Shown: piece by piece, positions 1-11,965 of the stretch
Position numbering within the stretch: position 1 is the stretch's first letter
Layout of the letters: the number at the start of each line of letters is the position of its first letter
Assembly: GCF_023055435.1 (NCBI RefSeq)
Contig: NW_025964112.1
Location: forward strand, 45,570,001-45,634,000
DNA: 64,000 nucleotides
DNA from: Haliotis rufescens
Lineage: Eukaryota
Direction of reading: 5' to 3'
Notes under the pieces: model-generated
Told to the model about the DNA's origin: nothing
The model's input: only the letters and a program-made list of their open reading frames with translations
Database searches by the model: none
Program-made: the position numbers and the translations under genes

Positions 1-870
1 ACAAAGTATATTTTGTTCCGAAAATATTGGAAAACGCATTTGGTCTCGTTTTTTGCCCAAAAATGATGGTTTGCTGGACATAAAATGAGTTGTAAAGAAA
101 ACATCTTCGACTCCTCTTTTCCGAGACAACACTTGTAACAGTGACCGAAAATATATTCTGTCCCCTTAAAATGTCATTTCATCCAGAAGATATTTCCAGA
201 TGCCGCACGGAAGACAACAGTCTAGTCGTAATGTTACAAACACATCGACCAGGCATTTGACAGATGCATTGGCTCGACCATATAGCCCCTCATCCATACA
301 CCGGGAACATTTGAGCTGCTTATTTCTGTTTTGAGAAAGGTCCGGTCTTCCAGTATGATGCTGGCTTTGCAATTTGACATAACTCGGAAATTGCTACTGT
401 CGCATTGGAATTAGGCTATTGCAGAGTGATAATACATTGTTATTCAGTTTTATTGTTTTCGTATTTAAATCAAATGTATCACCCAACAACGCATGCTACA
501 TTGATGTTAAGATGGTTAAAGTCATATAAAATAATGATTGCCATTCATTATTATTATTATACAATAAACATGGGGTTGTAGAATTCCGGGAAGAAGTGGT
601 ATACAACAATAAGCTGGTTCCTGGCTCTCTATGCGCGTCGTCAACTTGTGATATAGAGGCGGGGCCAACTCAGGGTTCACAGTTGCCCACACTTGACAAA
701 AGAGTCGACTAAAATGGATCGGGTGGAAGAAGCTAAGCGCAAAGGGACTTATTGGTTGACTGGTTTTATCGTGTCCCTATGGCGGTGATCGTTGAACAGT
801 CACCGGTTTCCGATTCCATATTGTGCAGACGGCCGTGGTGGAACTGGAATATTGCTGTGTTCAACATCGT

Positions 871-1095
871 GTTGTTTGTTTGTTGTTTAACGCCGCACTC
901 CTGCTATATGACAGCGGTCTGTAAATAATCGAGTCTGGAAAAGACAATCAAGTGATTGACATCATGTACATCGCCACGCAATTGGGATACGATGACCAGC
1001 ATCAACCAAGTCAGCGAGCCTGACCACCCGATAACGTTAGTCGCCTCTTACGACAAGTATAGTCGCCTTTTGCGGCAAGCATGGTTGCTATTCTA
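871..1095 (-). mobile_element. SINE family B (Meta/MESC-like domain, (AAAC)n tail), 5'-damaged copy
   Basis: Shares a ~220-bp body with the copies at 10110, 19623, 23498, 32403, 41121 and 42146. Contains the core GTCGTAAGAGGCGACTAA (minus). Confidence 0.85.
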
Positions 1096-1337
1096 CATCA
1101 TGTATTCACACATTGGGCTGTTCCTGGGATTACCAAGTTCGGTTAGAGCCAATATTAACTGGAACTGGAATATTGCTGTGTTCAACATCCTGTATTCACT
1201 CACCCAGCTGTTCCTTGAATTATCCAGGAAATTATATCCAGTTCGTTTACAGCCAATATTACCAGATTTGGATTCGCATTTGACATTTTTCTATCTAAGG
1301 GTATTTCTTAGGTGAGAGTATTTACATACACGTTGAG

Positions 1338-1504
1338 GGGCGGTCGGGTAGCCTAGTGGTTAAAGCGTTCGCTCGTCACGCCGAAGACCCGGGTTCGATT
1401 CCCGACATGGGTACAATGTGTGAAGCCAATTTCTGGTGTCCCCCGCCGTGATATTGCTGGAATATTGCTAAAAGCGGCGTAAAACCATACTCACTCACTC
1501 ACTC
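1338..1504 (+). mobile_element. SINE family A (tRNA-Asp-like head, (ACTC)n tail), young copy
   Basis: A box TAGCCTAGTGG, B box GGTTCGATTCC and GTC anticodon-like loop. 14-bp target-site duplication ACATACACGTTGAG at 1324-1337 and 1505-1518. Confidence 0.9.
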
Positions 1505-2720
1505 ACATACACGTTGAGACAGACATAGGAACAGACGATACATTTAAACGTTCCCCCGTAACAATATTCATTCGTTTATCGACGACACTGCTTTTAAACT
1601 AGGCACAGTGACAACGACAAAACAGTGCAGGTGGCCCAGTGATTCAGCCGTCAAATCATCTGTTTGAATTAAAGACAAGTAATTTGAATTCACTCATTCT
1701 GGTACTCCGATGTTTTAATGGAATGAGAGTTTGGAGCTATCAAATATACAGTTTATGCAACTCTAAATTGAAAATAGAATGGGTTTTCTTCCGATTGCAG
1801 CTATTGTCGGTAACACTAGAACAGGACTGTGGGTTCAGGTTCAAAATAATGAAACGCCGAGTTTCATGTCTGAACAAGTAGAATCAGGTCACAGGATTAT
1901 ACACGGAGACTTAATACAACCAGGTTCACCCTAACATAATCCTGTATTTAAACAACGATCACTTTGACATTCCCTGTCAAAGGACCCTCATAAACTGTAC
2001 AGTGCCAATGCAATGATGGCAAGGGCTCATCTTGGGTGTCTGAAGAACCACCATATCTCTTGCTTCACGTCCTGGTTGTGTGTCGATTTGAGCCAGTATT
2101 AATGAAGTTGATGACCCCGTTTGTTGAGGATTACTCGCACTGGTCGTTTTTCGGCGAGATGGTGGTTTACGACCGGTATCGATAGCCGAGTGGGATTCAG
2201 AATGAGTTGTCTCCCTTGCCTGCTGGGACATTGCGTAGAACCACGGTCACTCGATAGGACAGAATTAAGCGTTAACGGTAGCAGTCATAAATGCACATCT
2301 GGGTTTGTTTGAACTTTAAGGGAAGAATCATTGTTATCTAGGTGTAGGCTACATTGATGCTTTTATCCCTATAATACCGAGCGCCAGGCAGGGTAAGAAC
2401 AAGTACCATCTTTTTATGTCTCTTACTTGGGTACTTATTATCTGCTTGGTTGACATCACAAGGATTGAGTTGGGCAGGACAGGACATGCTTACACTTTGG
2501 GAAAACACCTAGACAAAATCATTGATTTTCAGTGATCCATTCATCTTATTTTCACCACTATTTTTCCTTTTACGCTCAGTGGAATCTGTTTGGGAGTATT
2601 CTTTGTTAATTCCAAATTATCCCGAGCTCTGTACCTCCGTAAGATGAGTGAAACCAATGAACGATAACAGGAGCATCATTGCACATTCTGAGGTAACCAC
2701 ACTTAGTCTGGTCACACAAA

Positions 2721-2884
2721 GGGGAGTTGGGGTAGCCTTGTAGTTAAAGCGTTCACTCGTCACGCTGACGGCCCGATTCGATTCCCCACATGGGACCAAT
2801 GTGTGAAGCCCGTTTCTGGTGTACCCCATCGTGATATTGCTGGAATATTGTTAAAAGGGGCGTAAAACCATACTCACTCACCCA
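2721..2884 (+). mobile_element. SINE family A copy
   Basis: Aligns by eye with 1338-1504 over its full length. Confidence 0.85.
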
Positions 2885-4141
2885 AAATAGCCACCCGATT
2901 ACCATCTTAGGGTGGCCGTCCCCAAGCTCTGGATGTAGAGCAAGTTCAATACACGTAGATCTATGTTATCTTTTCATTCAATACAGAGCTGCCATTCCCT
3001 CCTTCTGAAATAATTATTATTTCTATGGGTGTACATTAATGTTGCAGTCATATCCTCAAAACACTAAACAAGCATTTTTTATTGGATCTAGGTAACAAAT
3101 GTTCTTTCAGGTAACAGTTCGTAAATGAATATTCTTTTGCAACAGGAATATTAGAGTGAGAGAGTTGTGGCTATTTTCATAGTTGATAAACACCCCAGTC
3201 AGCAACATTCCAGCTGTATCACAGCAGCATGTAAATATATTCGGTGCGGTCAAAGCAAACCAATCCTTAATACTATCAGCAGTGTCCTGTGCTACACATC
3301 TTCCCGGGGCAAGAGAGTTGCATCAAATCACGTGAGCACCTTGATTAAAAACATGAAAAGATTTGGAAAATATCTGCTGACAAGTTGGCGGTGCACATGC
3401 TTTCCAAATCCTGCAATCGACCGAAATCTTCACGACAGTTTACGAACCGTATTCCGATTTCAGTGCGCAATTTTGATTGGACTATGCATAGACTCGTTAG
3501 TCAAGCCAAAATGTAACTCCATAATACCAGCCTAGTTCGGCAAGGGTGGAAACTGGACTTTTATAGTCAGTTAACTCACTTGCCTCGGGAAGATGGTGCT
3601 ACATGGTACATGGCACACTGACGCAAGTAACCGACTATCTGATCCATGACCACCCTCTTACTACCAGCAAACGTTACTTGGGACAAAATCCCTCCTAGAA
3701 TTCCCATGTGGTTAGCAGGTCACGGTAGTTACCATTTGGGGGAACCCAAGAACACAAATGGTCCTGCAAGATGTTACCAAAGTGAGTGAGTGAGATGTGT
3801 TGATAATTCCACTTTGAACAATATTTCACCCTGTCAGCTTCATAGGGTAAGCAAGTCCTAGATGTTTCAGTGAGTGAGTAAGTCACAAATCAGGTGAGCT
3901 CAATCATGGCAGAGAGTCCTTGGACTCTGGAGTTTCCGGAGCTTAGTTTTTGAAGCACATGTGGTGTGTAGTTAGAAAAAGATACTTCGGAATATGCCTT
4001 TGTTCACCCAGCAGTGAATGGGTACCTGGTAGGATGGTAATGTGACTGCTAACCGAGTGCTCACAAGCAGCATGGGTAATATATTGATTTGGCGCATCAA
4101 AAACATGCACATTATGTGTAACACCACATCAGTAATATTGC

Positions 4142-4625
4142 AGCTACTAGTATTTGTAGGAAGTGCCACCTAGGTGAAGCCGGTGAGCAGGGTGCTAACA
4201 GAGTAAGGATCACAATTAGGATGCTCGGCAGATCCTGGCACTGATGGAATAATCCCGGTTTGTTCGGTTAGCTACTAGTATTTGTAGGAAGTGCCACCTA
4301 GGTGAAGCCCGTGAGCAGGGTGCTAACAGAGTAAGGATCACAATTAGGATGCTCGGCAGAACCTGGCACTGATGGACTGATCCCGGTTTGTTCGGTTAGC
4401 TACTAGTATTTGTAGGAAGTGCCACCTACGTGAAGCCCGTGAGCAGGGTGCTAACAGAGTAAGGATCACAATTAGGATACTCGGCAGAACCTGGCACTGA
4501 TGGACTGATCCCGGTTTGTTCGGTTAGCTACTAGTATTTGTAGGAAGTGCCACCTACGTGAAGCCCGTGAGCAGGGTGCTAACAGAGTAAGGATCACAAT
4601 TAGGATACTCGGCAGATCCTGGCAC
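4142..4625. repeat. 128-bp tandem repeat, ~3.8 copies, highly homogeneous
   Basis: Unit starts (agctactagtatttgtagg) at 4142, 4270, 4398 and 4526. Confidence 0.95.
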
Positions 4626-5639
4626 AACAAATTGGCCAATCTCTGCACCAGAATTTGTGCTGCCTTAACCGACTGGGTCACCCATCACCCAGCTGCCATG
4701 GGTGGAAATGGTGGAAATGGTGGAAATGCACCCAGTTTTTAGATAAAGCATCAAGAACTAATGTAAAGGTTTAAAAATATACCTTTATTATAAAAATGTA
4801 CACATAAGAAACATATGAAACAATATACTAATGATCCTCAGACATTGTTCCTTATAAGACACAGACATGGCTCATGCTTCATACAGTGGTTTTCATAAAA
4901 TGGGGTTTTTGAAAAAAAAATATATCAAAATACACCCTGTGTGTTTGTCTGTTGAGCAGTTAAGATGGATCATTTTGTTTACAAGATCATGTTTGCATCA
5001 AGAATGTTCTTCACTCCATTTATATAATGCACACCATTTTTATGGTCAATGCATATTTAAGATTGTTTTAATAATTATGCAACAAAATCCTACCCTCTGA
5101 AGGGTTAAACTTTTCAAGTTAACCCCAGCAGAGTTGATGCAACTCTATTAGAGGGTGCGATTTTATGGCACCAGAGCTATTTCTTTATACCCATGGACAA
5201 TTGTGTCATCGTCTTTTAAACCACTGCCATATAACAGTTTTTTGTTCAAACTGGCTCCAAAAAAACCAAACCACATTTTTTTCTCTGAAATGTGACTCCT
5301 ATGGAGGTGGTTAACTGAAAAACTGAAAAATTTCTCCAAACACTTGTGTCGGAATAAATAAAAACAATATAGTGTCGCAATAATGTTGACAATTGATCTA
5401 AGATAAAACAAGATCTTAGTGGAAGACAAACAAAGTTCTTTGCATAGCGAGCCAGCACCTTCAACTACTTGCTGTAATACAATTGACATTCAGTCACAGA
5501 CTTCTAAACAGCAGTTGAGTTTGCTTAAAGCTTGTAATTGGTTTAAATGTGCAACTGTAAAAAAAATGTGTAACAAAAGTGATATCTAACAATGAGTATT
5601 GACTCGATCCAAACTAAGACATTTCCACAGCATATACAT

Positions 5640-7777
5640 TCTGCTTCAAACATCATTTATTGGGATGTGTCAAAACTATTTTGTAATTTTTCGGTTGTGA
5701 TGAAAATATCAAATGACACAAGACGTTGATTTTCAATTGCTTTGTTACAGATATAATTTCAGTTGATTAAATTTTTTTTATCCAAAATACTTATGACATA
5801 TCCCCCTATCATTTTGACTTCATAAGTGATGTTATTGGCATTCTCTTAAAGGAGATACTACTTGCATAGAACAATAAATGCATTGTGGGGGTCAGCAGTA
5901 TACTTTTCGTTGATTTCACAGAAGTGATTGACATAAATGTCACATGGTATGCTAAGCAACTCCATACTCTTTGAGCTAAAAAACCATGCACAGTTTAAAA
6001 ATAAATATAAGGCTCACTTTCACAACATTCACCTTTATGACATACAGTCACTTAAAGATTTTCCAATAAATAAATAACAATCTTGTAAAGATTAAAACAC
6101 AGCAAAATACCATCTTGTAATACTAGGTAACAAAGAATCCTATAAAGAAATGCATTGAAAACTGTCTTCAACAATCATTAGCATACATTACCATACAAGA
6201 ATTTACTTTCAACCTTTCAATACTGTCGTCCTTATCTACGGAAGTGCCTGGTATTACAAGATACTATTTGCCTGTCACTAATTAACATAACAACCAGTGT
6301 GGGTGGGTGGAGCGTGTAGTGTCATCTACAGTAGAAAGAAACGAAAGACAAGAGAAGAATAGCGGACAGTTTGCAAACAATCCTCACAGAACTGGCAGGA
6401 CGCCGCCATCGTCGTCGCCTTTGTCACCAAAGTTATTTACATACATACTGATAATCAGTTTTTGAAATATCCTCCAATAATGGTAAATTCTAAAACAAAA
6501 TACATAATTCCAATCCATATCTGAAAATTTACATTAGTTATCAATAATGGCTTTTTTCATATCGCATAAAATTCCCAAAAGTTTGACGTACACAGCCAGA
6601 CCACGTTCTCATGATCAATGGACAAATGAAAAAAATAACCCCAAAATCTTCACATGGTTGATTTTTGGTCAAATACTTAACCCTACTTCATAAAGATGCT
6701 TAATGACAGTATAGTTTCAACTAGAAACAGTATTTCTAAATATGAATTCTAGAACATAAGGGGTCGAAATGTAAAAAAAAGCAAATATGAAAAAAGTAAA
6801 GAAAATACTCCGGTGATGCAAAAGTAACCAGTATGTATGCAAACAAAAGAACAACCTTTTTAAAAAAGAATGAGATGAGAGTTCGGTTTGTTTCAAGCTC
6901 TTTTTGGTACATTTGTTCCACAATAAAATATGATATGTACATAGATTCCACAACGCAGTACATACATACATAACAATACATGAATAGTAAGTAGTCAACA
7001 CGACAGTGACAATGCGTGGTCACATCACTGTCAACTATTTATACCTATATACATATGTATAATGCTATTCTACACGTCGTATATTACAGAAATACACACA
7101 TTCATTTGTCGGACACAACACACAGTGATCAACTTGTAGGTGCTTGTGCATGCATCTTCATACAGATAAAGCTGACAAAATATATATATGTCCTAACTAA
7201 TAATTTGCAAAAATATATGTAAACATGCTTACAGATTGTGGTTCATTTTTTTCATTCATAGAGGTATATATTTTTGCAGTTAAAAAACTGTTCGCAAGTT
7301 GTTTGATCGGAGCAAAATCACTGCCAGACTAAGTATATATTTTTTAGTTTTATCTGAATATGAATGATTTTGCCAAAAATAGCAACAGATTAAAAATGCT
7401 AATAAAATCATTAACATGTCACTGTTTTTTTAAATTTGTAATTATGATTAAAATCTTTTTTTAGGGCCAGTTTTAGTTATCATGGTTGTAGCGAGTAAGG
7501 CATGTTTGCTTATAACTAAAAACTTCAGCTTGGCACATATAAACAGCTCACAACAGAATCATACAGTAATTCCTTGGTAAGGCACATGAGTAAAAGTCAA
7601 GAGTTATCTCCCTTTAAGCACTTTCTAATCCACAGGAGAACAGTTTCTAGTGTCAGCGTTGTTGACCTTTGTTCCTTCACTCCCCACACAAAAGGGAAAG
7701 TTTTCATCACACAAAATAGCTATTTTTTCCCAAAGTCAAAAAGCACATATGAATCAGCACTTGCATAGACGTTTGGG
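5640..7777 (-). other. Putative 3'UTR of the TALE gene
   Basis: Repeat-free and U-rich on the minus strand after the stop codon. AATAAA (minus) at 5656-5661 is followed by GU-rich sequence. Confidence 0.5.
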
Positions 7778-7948
7778 CTATTTGCACTGGGCCCATTTCG
7801 GCAAGATGCGTCTTCTTGCGTTCGTGAACCAATAGTTTATCTGGTTTATTGTCAATCCAGTTTGCTTAATAAGCATGGCCTTTTCATCATCATTGGGATA
7901 GGGATTGTCTTTGTGGTTTCGGAGCCATTCCAACATAATTGCCACAGC
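7778..7948 (-). CDS. TALE homeobox gene, last coding exon (homeodomain helices 1-3 and stop)
   Basis: Not in the ORF track. Manual translation after the acceptor tttttttttcag gives [56 protein letters not shown]. It contains the TALE loop with PYP and the helix-3 motif WFxNARRR. It joins in phase 0 to the exon ending at 8501. Confidence 0.95.
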   Translation of the reverse strand, partial: AVAIMLEWLRNHKDNPYPNDDEKAMLIKQTGLTINQINYWFTNARRRILPKWAQCK

Positions 7949-8500
7949 CTGAAAAAAAAAAATTAATAATAAATTTAATTTTGAACATATTCATAAACAA
8001 ATCTAGTCATTTCTTTTATTTCAAAACAATTTCTACAATTCATTTTGTGTCCTCAAGACATTTTTCGAAAGACATCTTTGATGTCAATAATGTAAACTGG
8101 GAGATCTCCGTTCAACCCTCGAAGGGAAACATGTCAACATTGTGCGTGACACATCTTTGTGATAAACACAGAAGCAAATTCCCTTGTAATATCAATGAAG
8201 GTGACAATCCAATTATAACTGTAACTAAACAGCCCATAGGACAAAATGTCCAACAAAGGCCATGCTTCAGTAGATTCCATGAATGTAGCAAGCATACTTA
8301 ATAAAGTTATCAATTAGATTACAGAACAAACATGTAAAGGTCGCATTTAAAAAAATGTATAAAAACAGACTATCAACAAACCTATTCACGTAGGCAATCA
8401 ATTACAATGGAAACTTTACGAGTTTCCAATCTATGAAAATGTTCTGTTTCAATCGACGAACAAATTTCAAACTTTTGGATGAGGGAGTTTGGAAAATTAC

Positions 8501-8683
8501 CTCTTTGGGGAGACTTGGATGTTTCTTTGACTCCGATTTGTTGCTATGGTTACTGTTGTTGCTGATGGCACTGCCAGCCTCGCTGAGGGCATCTTGGGCC
8601 TCCTTAATGGAGCGAAATTGCGGTGACGCAAGAGTTGGAAGTCCGATCCCTTTACCCATAGCGGGGATAAATCCTTCCTGAGT
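8501..8683 (-). CDS. TALE homeobox gene, penultimate coding exon (linker and homeodomain N-terminal arm)
   Basis: Acceptor ttttcgcag (8684-8686) and donor GAG|gtaatt (8499-8500). 183 nt, phase 0/0. Encodes TQEGFIPAMGKG...SKKHPSLPKE, whose LPKE end matches the LPK(E/H) start of TGIF/PKNOX-type homeodomains. Confidence 0.9.
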
Positions 8684-9255
8684 CTGCGAAAATATTGATT
8701 CAGAGATTGTAAATTTTTAATTGAATTATCATCAACTTAAAACCCCAGTCTCCTACGTTCTTAAAATGATTAAATTCGAACCAGGTATTTCTTTCCTTCC
8801 TTTCCACATTGCTTGTTGAGCAATTCAGGAAAAAAACTGGAATTTTACAGCGTTTTATTTCTAAGTTAATTACAATAAAATCTCTAGTTCCTAGGAAGTG
8901 AGAGCATTAGAAAGGAAGATAATTTCTTCTGGTAAAGGAAAGGGGTTCAGATCGGATTGAATAGAGAAAACGTCTTGAGATGTGCTCACCTAATTTCACA
9001 CTTCTATTTTTGGCAATTTGATCATCGAAAATACAAAAGACTTTCCCAATGTGATATAAAAATCACAACTCAATAAAAATCTGAAGAGACATATCAAGGT
9101 TGCAACATATCGTGAATGTGAAATTAATAGTTAACTGAACATGAAGTGGCTATTTCATCGTTTTAAACAGAGGTAAACCCCAGTGGTCACGAGCTAGTTT
9201 GCAAATCATTTAAAAAAGTAGTTATGTAAAACAATATTTTTGAGAAAACAATCAC

Positions 9256-9316
9256 TCTGGATTTTCACTAGTCATGCTCTGGATTTTCACTAGTCATGCT
9301 CTGGATTTTCACTAGT
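9256..9316. repeat. 22-bp tandem repeat, ~2.8 copies
   Basis: ctctggattttcactagtcatg repeated. Confidence 0.85.
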
Positions 9317-10109
9317 TTTGGGCTGACGGACTATTGTGTCTAGTCCTATTATACATAGTTCATATTCACGTTTCTTTGTAAGATTTCAAAACAAGGGGTG
9401 TATCCTGATGAATAATTCATCTGATGTACTACAAAGCATAGACTCGTAAGTGTCTCAGTAAGCTAAACATAAACCAATCCAGCATGTTGGGATGCATGTA
9501 CTTCTCTCAATGATTCCATAAAGCCGTTCCAAATGCATGAACTAATGATATAAGTGTCTCTGGCTTCCTTGCCTCTAGCAGTTTACCATCTCCATGTATG
9601 ACGCACAACTAGTTTTTAACTGTTTCTACAGCAATTTCAACCACATATGCCCAAGCTTTGTTACTTTTAGCCTCTTTCATGACAGTTGGACCATTAAAAC
9701 TGTCACTGTGTCAGTGTTTAAGTGTTTTCTAAATAAATGAAGAGGCTCAATTGCGAAAAAAAGCACCAGTTCCACTCATAGGATGTCTGTAACACTTGAT
9801 GATTTATGGACCAGAAATGCAGAAATACCAACCCTCATGACACTTTATGACTTGTACAGAATTCCCTTGTAAAAAGTGAAATGGCAAACTTGGGACATAA
9901 TTGGTTAAGAATGAAAACAAGTACAGACACAATGACAAATACAGTGTGTCCTTCATGTCAACCGTAGCCCTATTTCCGACCAGACAAAAAAATCAAAAGG
10001 AAGCGACAACACCTACATTAATTGTTTCATATTTACTAGATGTGTACGAAAATCCCCAAATGACAGAATCGTGAATGCTGAGAATCATGTTCTTCTGTTT
10101 GATAGTAGG

Positions 10110-10358
10110 TAGGTTTGTCTCTTTGTTTGTTGTTTAACACCACACTCAGCAATATTCCAGCTATATGACGTTGGTCAGTAAATAATAAAGTCTGGAAAAG
10201 ACAATACAGTCATTGACATCATGAGCATCGATCCATGCATTTGGGATACGATGACACGCATCAACCAAGTCAGCGAGCCTGACCATTCGATCCCGTTCAC
10301 CCCCTTACAACAAGCATGGGTTGCTGAAGACCTATTCTAACCCGTATCTTCATGGGTC
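10110..10358 (-). mobile_element. SINE family B copy
   Basis: TSD TGATAGTAGG at 10100-10109 and 10359-10368. Confidence 0.88.
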
Positions 10359-11394
10359 TGATAGTAGGCAAACCATTTCTTAGATATCTTTGCAAACTAG
10401 AGTGCCATGTTGAAAGACTTCCCTTTGATTATTAAATACATACTGATTCACACATCTGCATTGAATGCTTAACATGAAAAGTCCTCTAACCCTCTAACCT
10501 TCTTTCTGTTGGTCCACAATGAAGTTATGTTAATCAGTTTGTGTCTGAGTGCGAGCATGCATGCTGTTTAAAGCCAAACTCAGTAATATCCCAGCTATGG
10601 ATGGTTATTGTTTGGCAAAGCTTTTTGGTCAAACAATATACCACTGAACATATTTAGGGCATAATTTTCGAAAATACACTCAAAACATATCTTTGTTTTT
10701 TAATGTCACACAAATTCCAGCTTTATGATGGCGGCATGTGATAACCCAATCTGAACCAGACAATCCAGTGACTGATATTGTGAGCAACAATCTACGATGT
10801 CGGGGAACGTTACATTACCAACCAAGTCACCGATTAATCATGTTACTATTACTTGATTACTATAAGATTTCAAGTCCATGGCTACTGAATTCTAAACATA
10901 ATACAACACTGAAACTTAAATCTATCCACTAAGAACCTAAGATTCTACTTTATTACTTCACTGTTCTCTCAGTTATAATAACGCACTCCCCACACATGGC
11001 TGGAACCTGTCATGGATGTATGGGGATGTAGTTACGCTCTGCACTTGCCCACACTAAGCTAAGCCAACTGTCCCCTCTCCTTGTCTTCAAACCCCAGGCT
11101 ACCTTCCATACAAACTCTTACAGAGGTGATTTGGTCTGAGATAACAGCCCTCCTCAACTTCGGTATTAAGCCTGACTTTGACAGGTCTCCCTCTTTGCAT
11201 AAGCTCCCCCTCCTATTTCAAATTAAAATTGCCATGGCTTGATGAGGTGTCAGTGTAAAAACTGGTTTTGTTGGGTAAAATAACTAAAGCTTGGTGTTGA
11301 GGCATGAACTGCTAAATGTTGGGTATTCTGTGTAGCAGTCTGTTGTGTGGGGGTATTTCGGATGAATTAGACTCATATTAATGATACAAAGGTG

Positions 11395-11965
11395 GGAGAA
11401 ATGGATGTCGAAGGAAGGAAAATGGACAGGTGAAATAGGGATTCAGAGAAAGCATTGAAGGGAAGATGGGGAGGAATATAAAGATGGGAGGGGAAAGAGG
11501 GAAGGAAAAGGGGAGTGGAAAGAGGGAAAGATAAAACTGGAATTCAGAGGAAGCAAGAATAAGACGGTAAGGAAAAGGGAAGAGGGGAAGGAGAGAGGAA
11601 AGATAAATAGGGATTCAGGGAGAGAGGAAGGAAAGAGAGAAGGAACAGAGGGAGGTATATGAAGATGCGGATCGATGGGGATAGAAGGGAAGGAAAGAAG
11701 GGAAGAGAGGAAGGAAAAAAGGAAAGAAACGGATTCAGAGAGCGAGGGAAAAAGGGAAGGGATAGAGGAAGGAATATGAAGATGGGGAAAGAAGGTAAGG
11801 AAGAGAGGAAGGAAAAAATGGAACGATAAACAGGGATTCAGAGAGCGAGGGAAAGAGGGAATAGAGGAAAAAAAGATGAAGGAGAAAGGGGAGACAGGTG
11901 GGAAGCAAAGAAAGAAAGGGCTGTGATACAAAGATAGAAAGAAAGAAAGACAGTAAGAAAGAAGC
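11395..11965. repeat. Polypurine (GA-rich) tract with ~70-120-bp degenerate units
   Basis: Mostly A/G on the plus strand, with recurring ggattcagag anchors. Confidence 0.9.

Noticed and set aside
1-670. Promoter or exon of a neighbouring gene (TTCCGGGAA and GC box near 584-667)
   Set aside because: Only isolated short motifs, with no supportable exon or product.
1338-1410. tRNA-Asp gene (and similar tRNA-like heads elsewhere)
   Set aside because: The acceptor stem does not pair, and each copy continues into a shared body and tail with TSDs. These are SINE heads.
2885-2945. Twister-ribozyme-like string ccgtccccaagctctggat
   Set aside because: Only a partial resemblance. The conserved cleavage-site and pseudoknot partners could not be found.
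4142-4625. CRISPR array or hammerhead retrozyme in the 128-bp repeat
   Set aside because: There are no unique spacers. CTGATGG is not followed by a correctly placed GAAA core, so no hammerhead could be built.
7778-8533. Gene symbol Meis/hth, Pknox or Tgif
   Set aside because: The homeodomain is too divergent (H5, Y47, T50) for these strongly conserved families, so no symbol was assigned.
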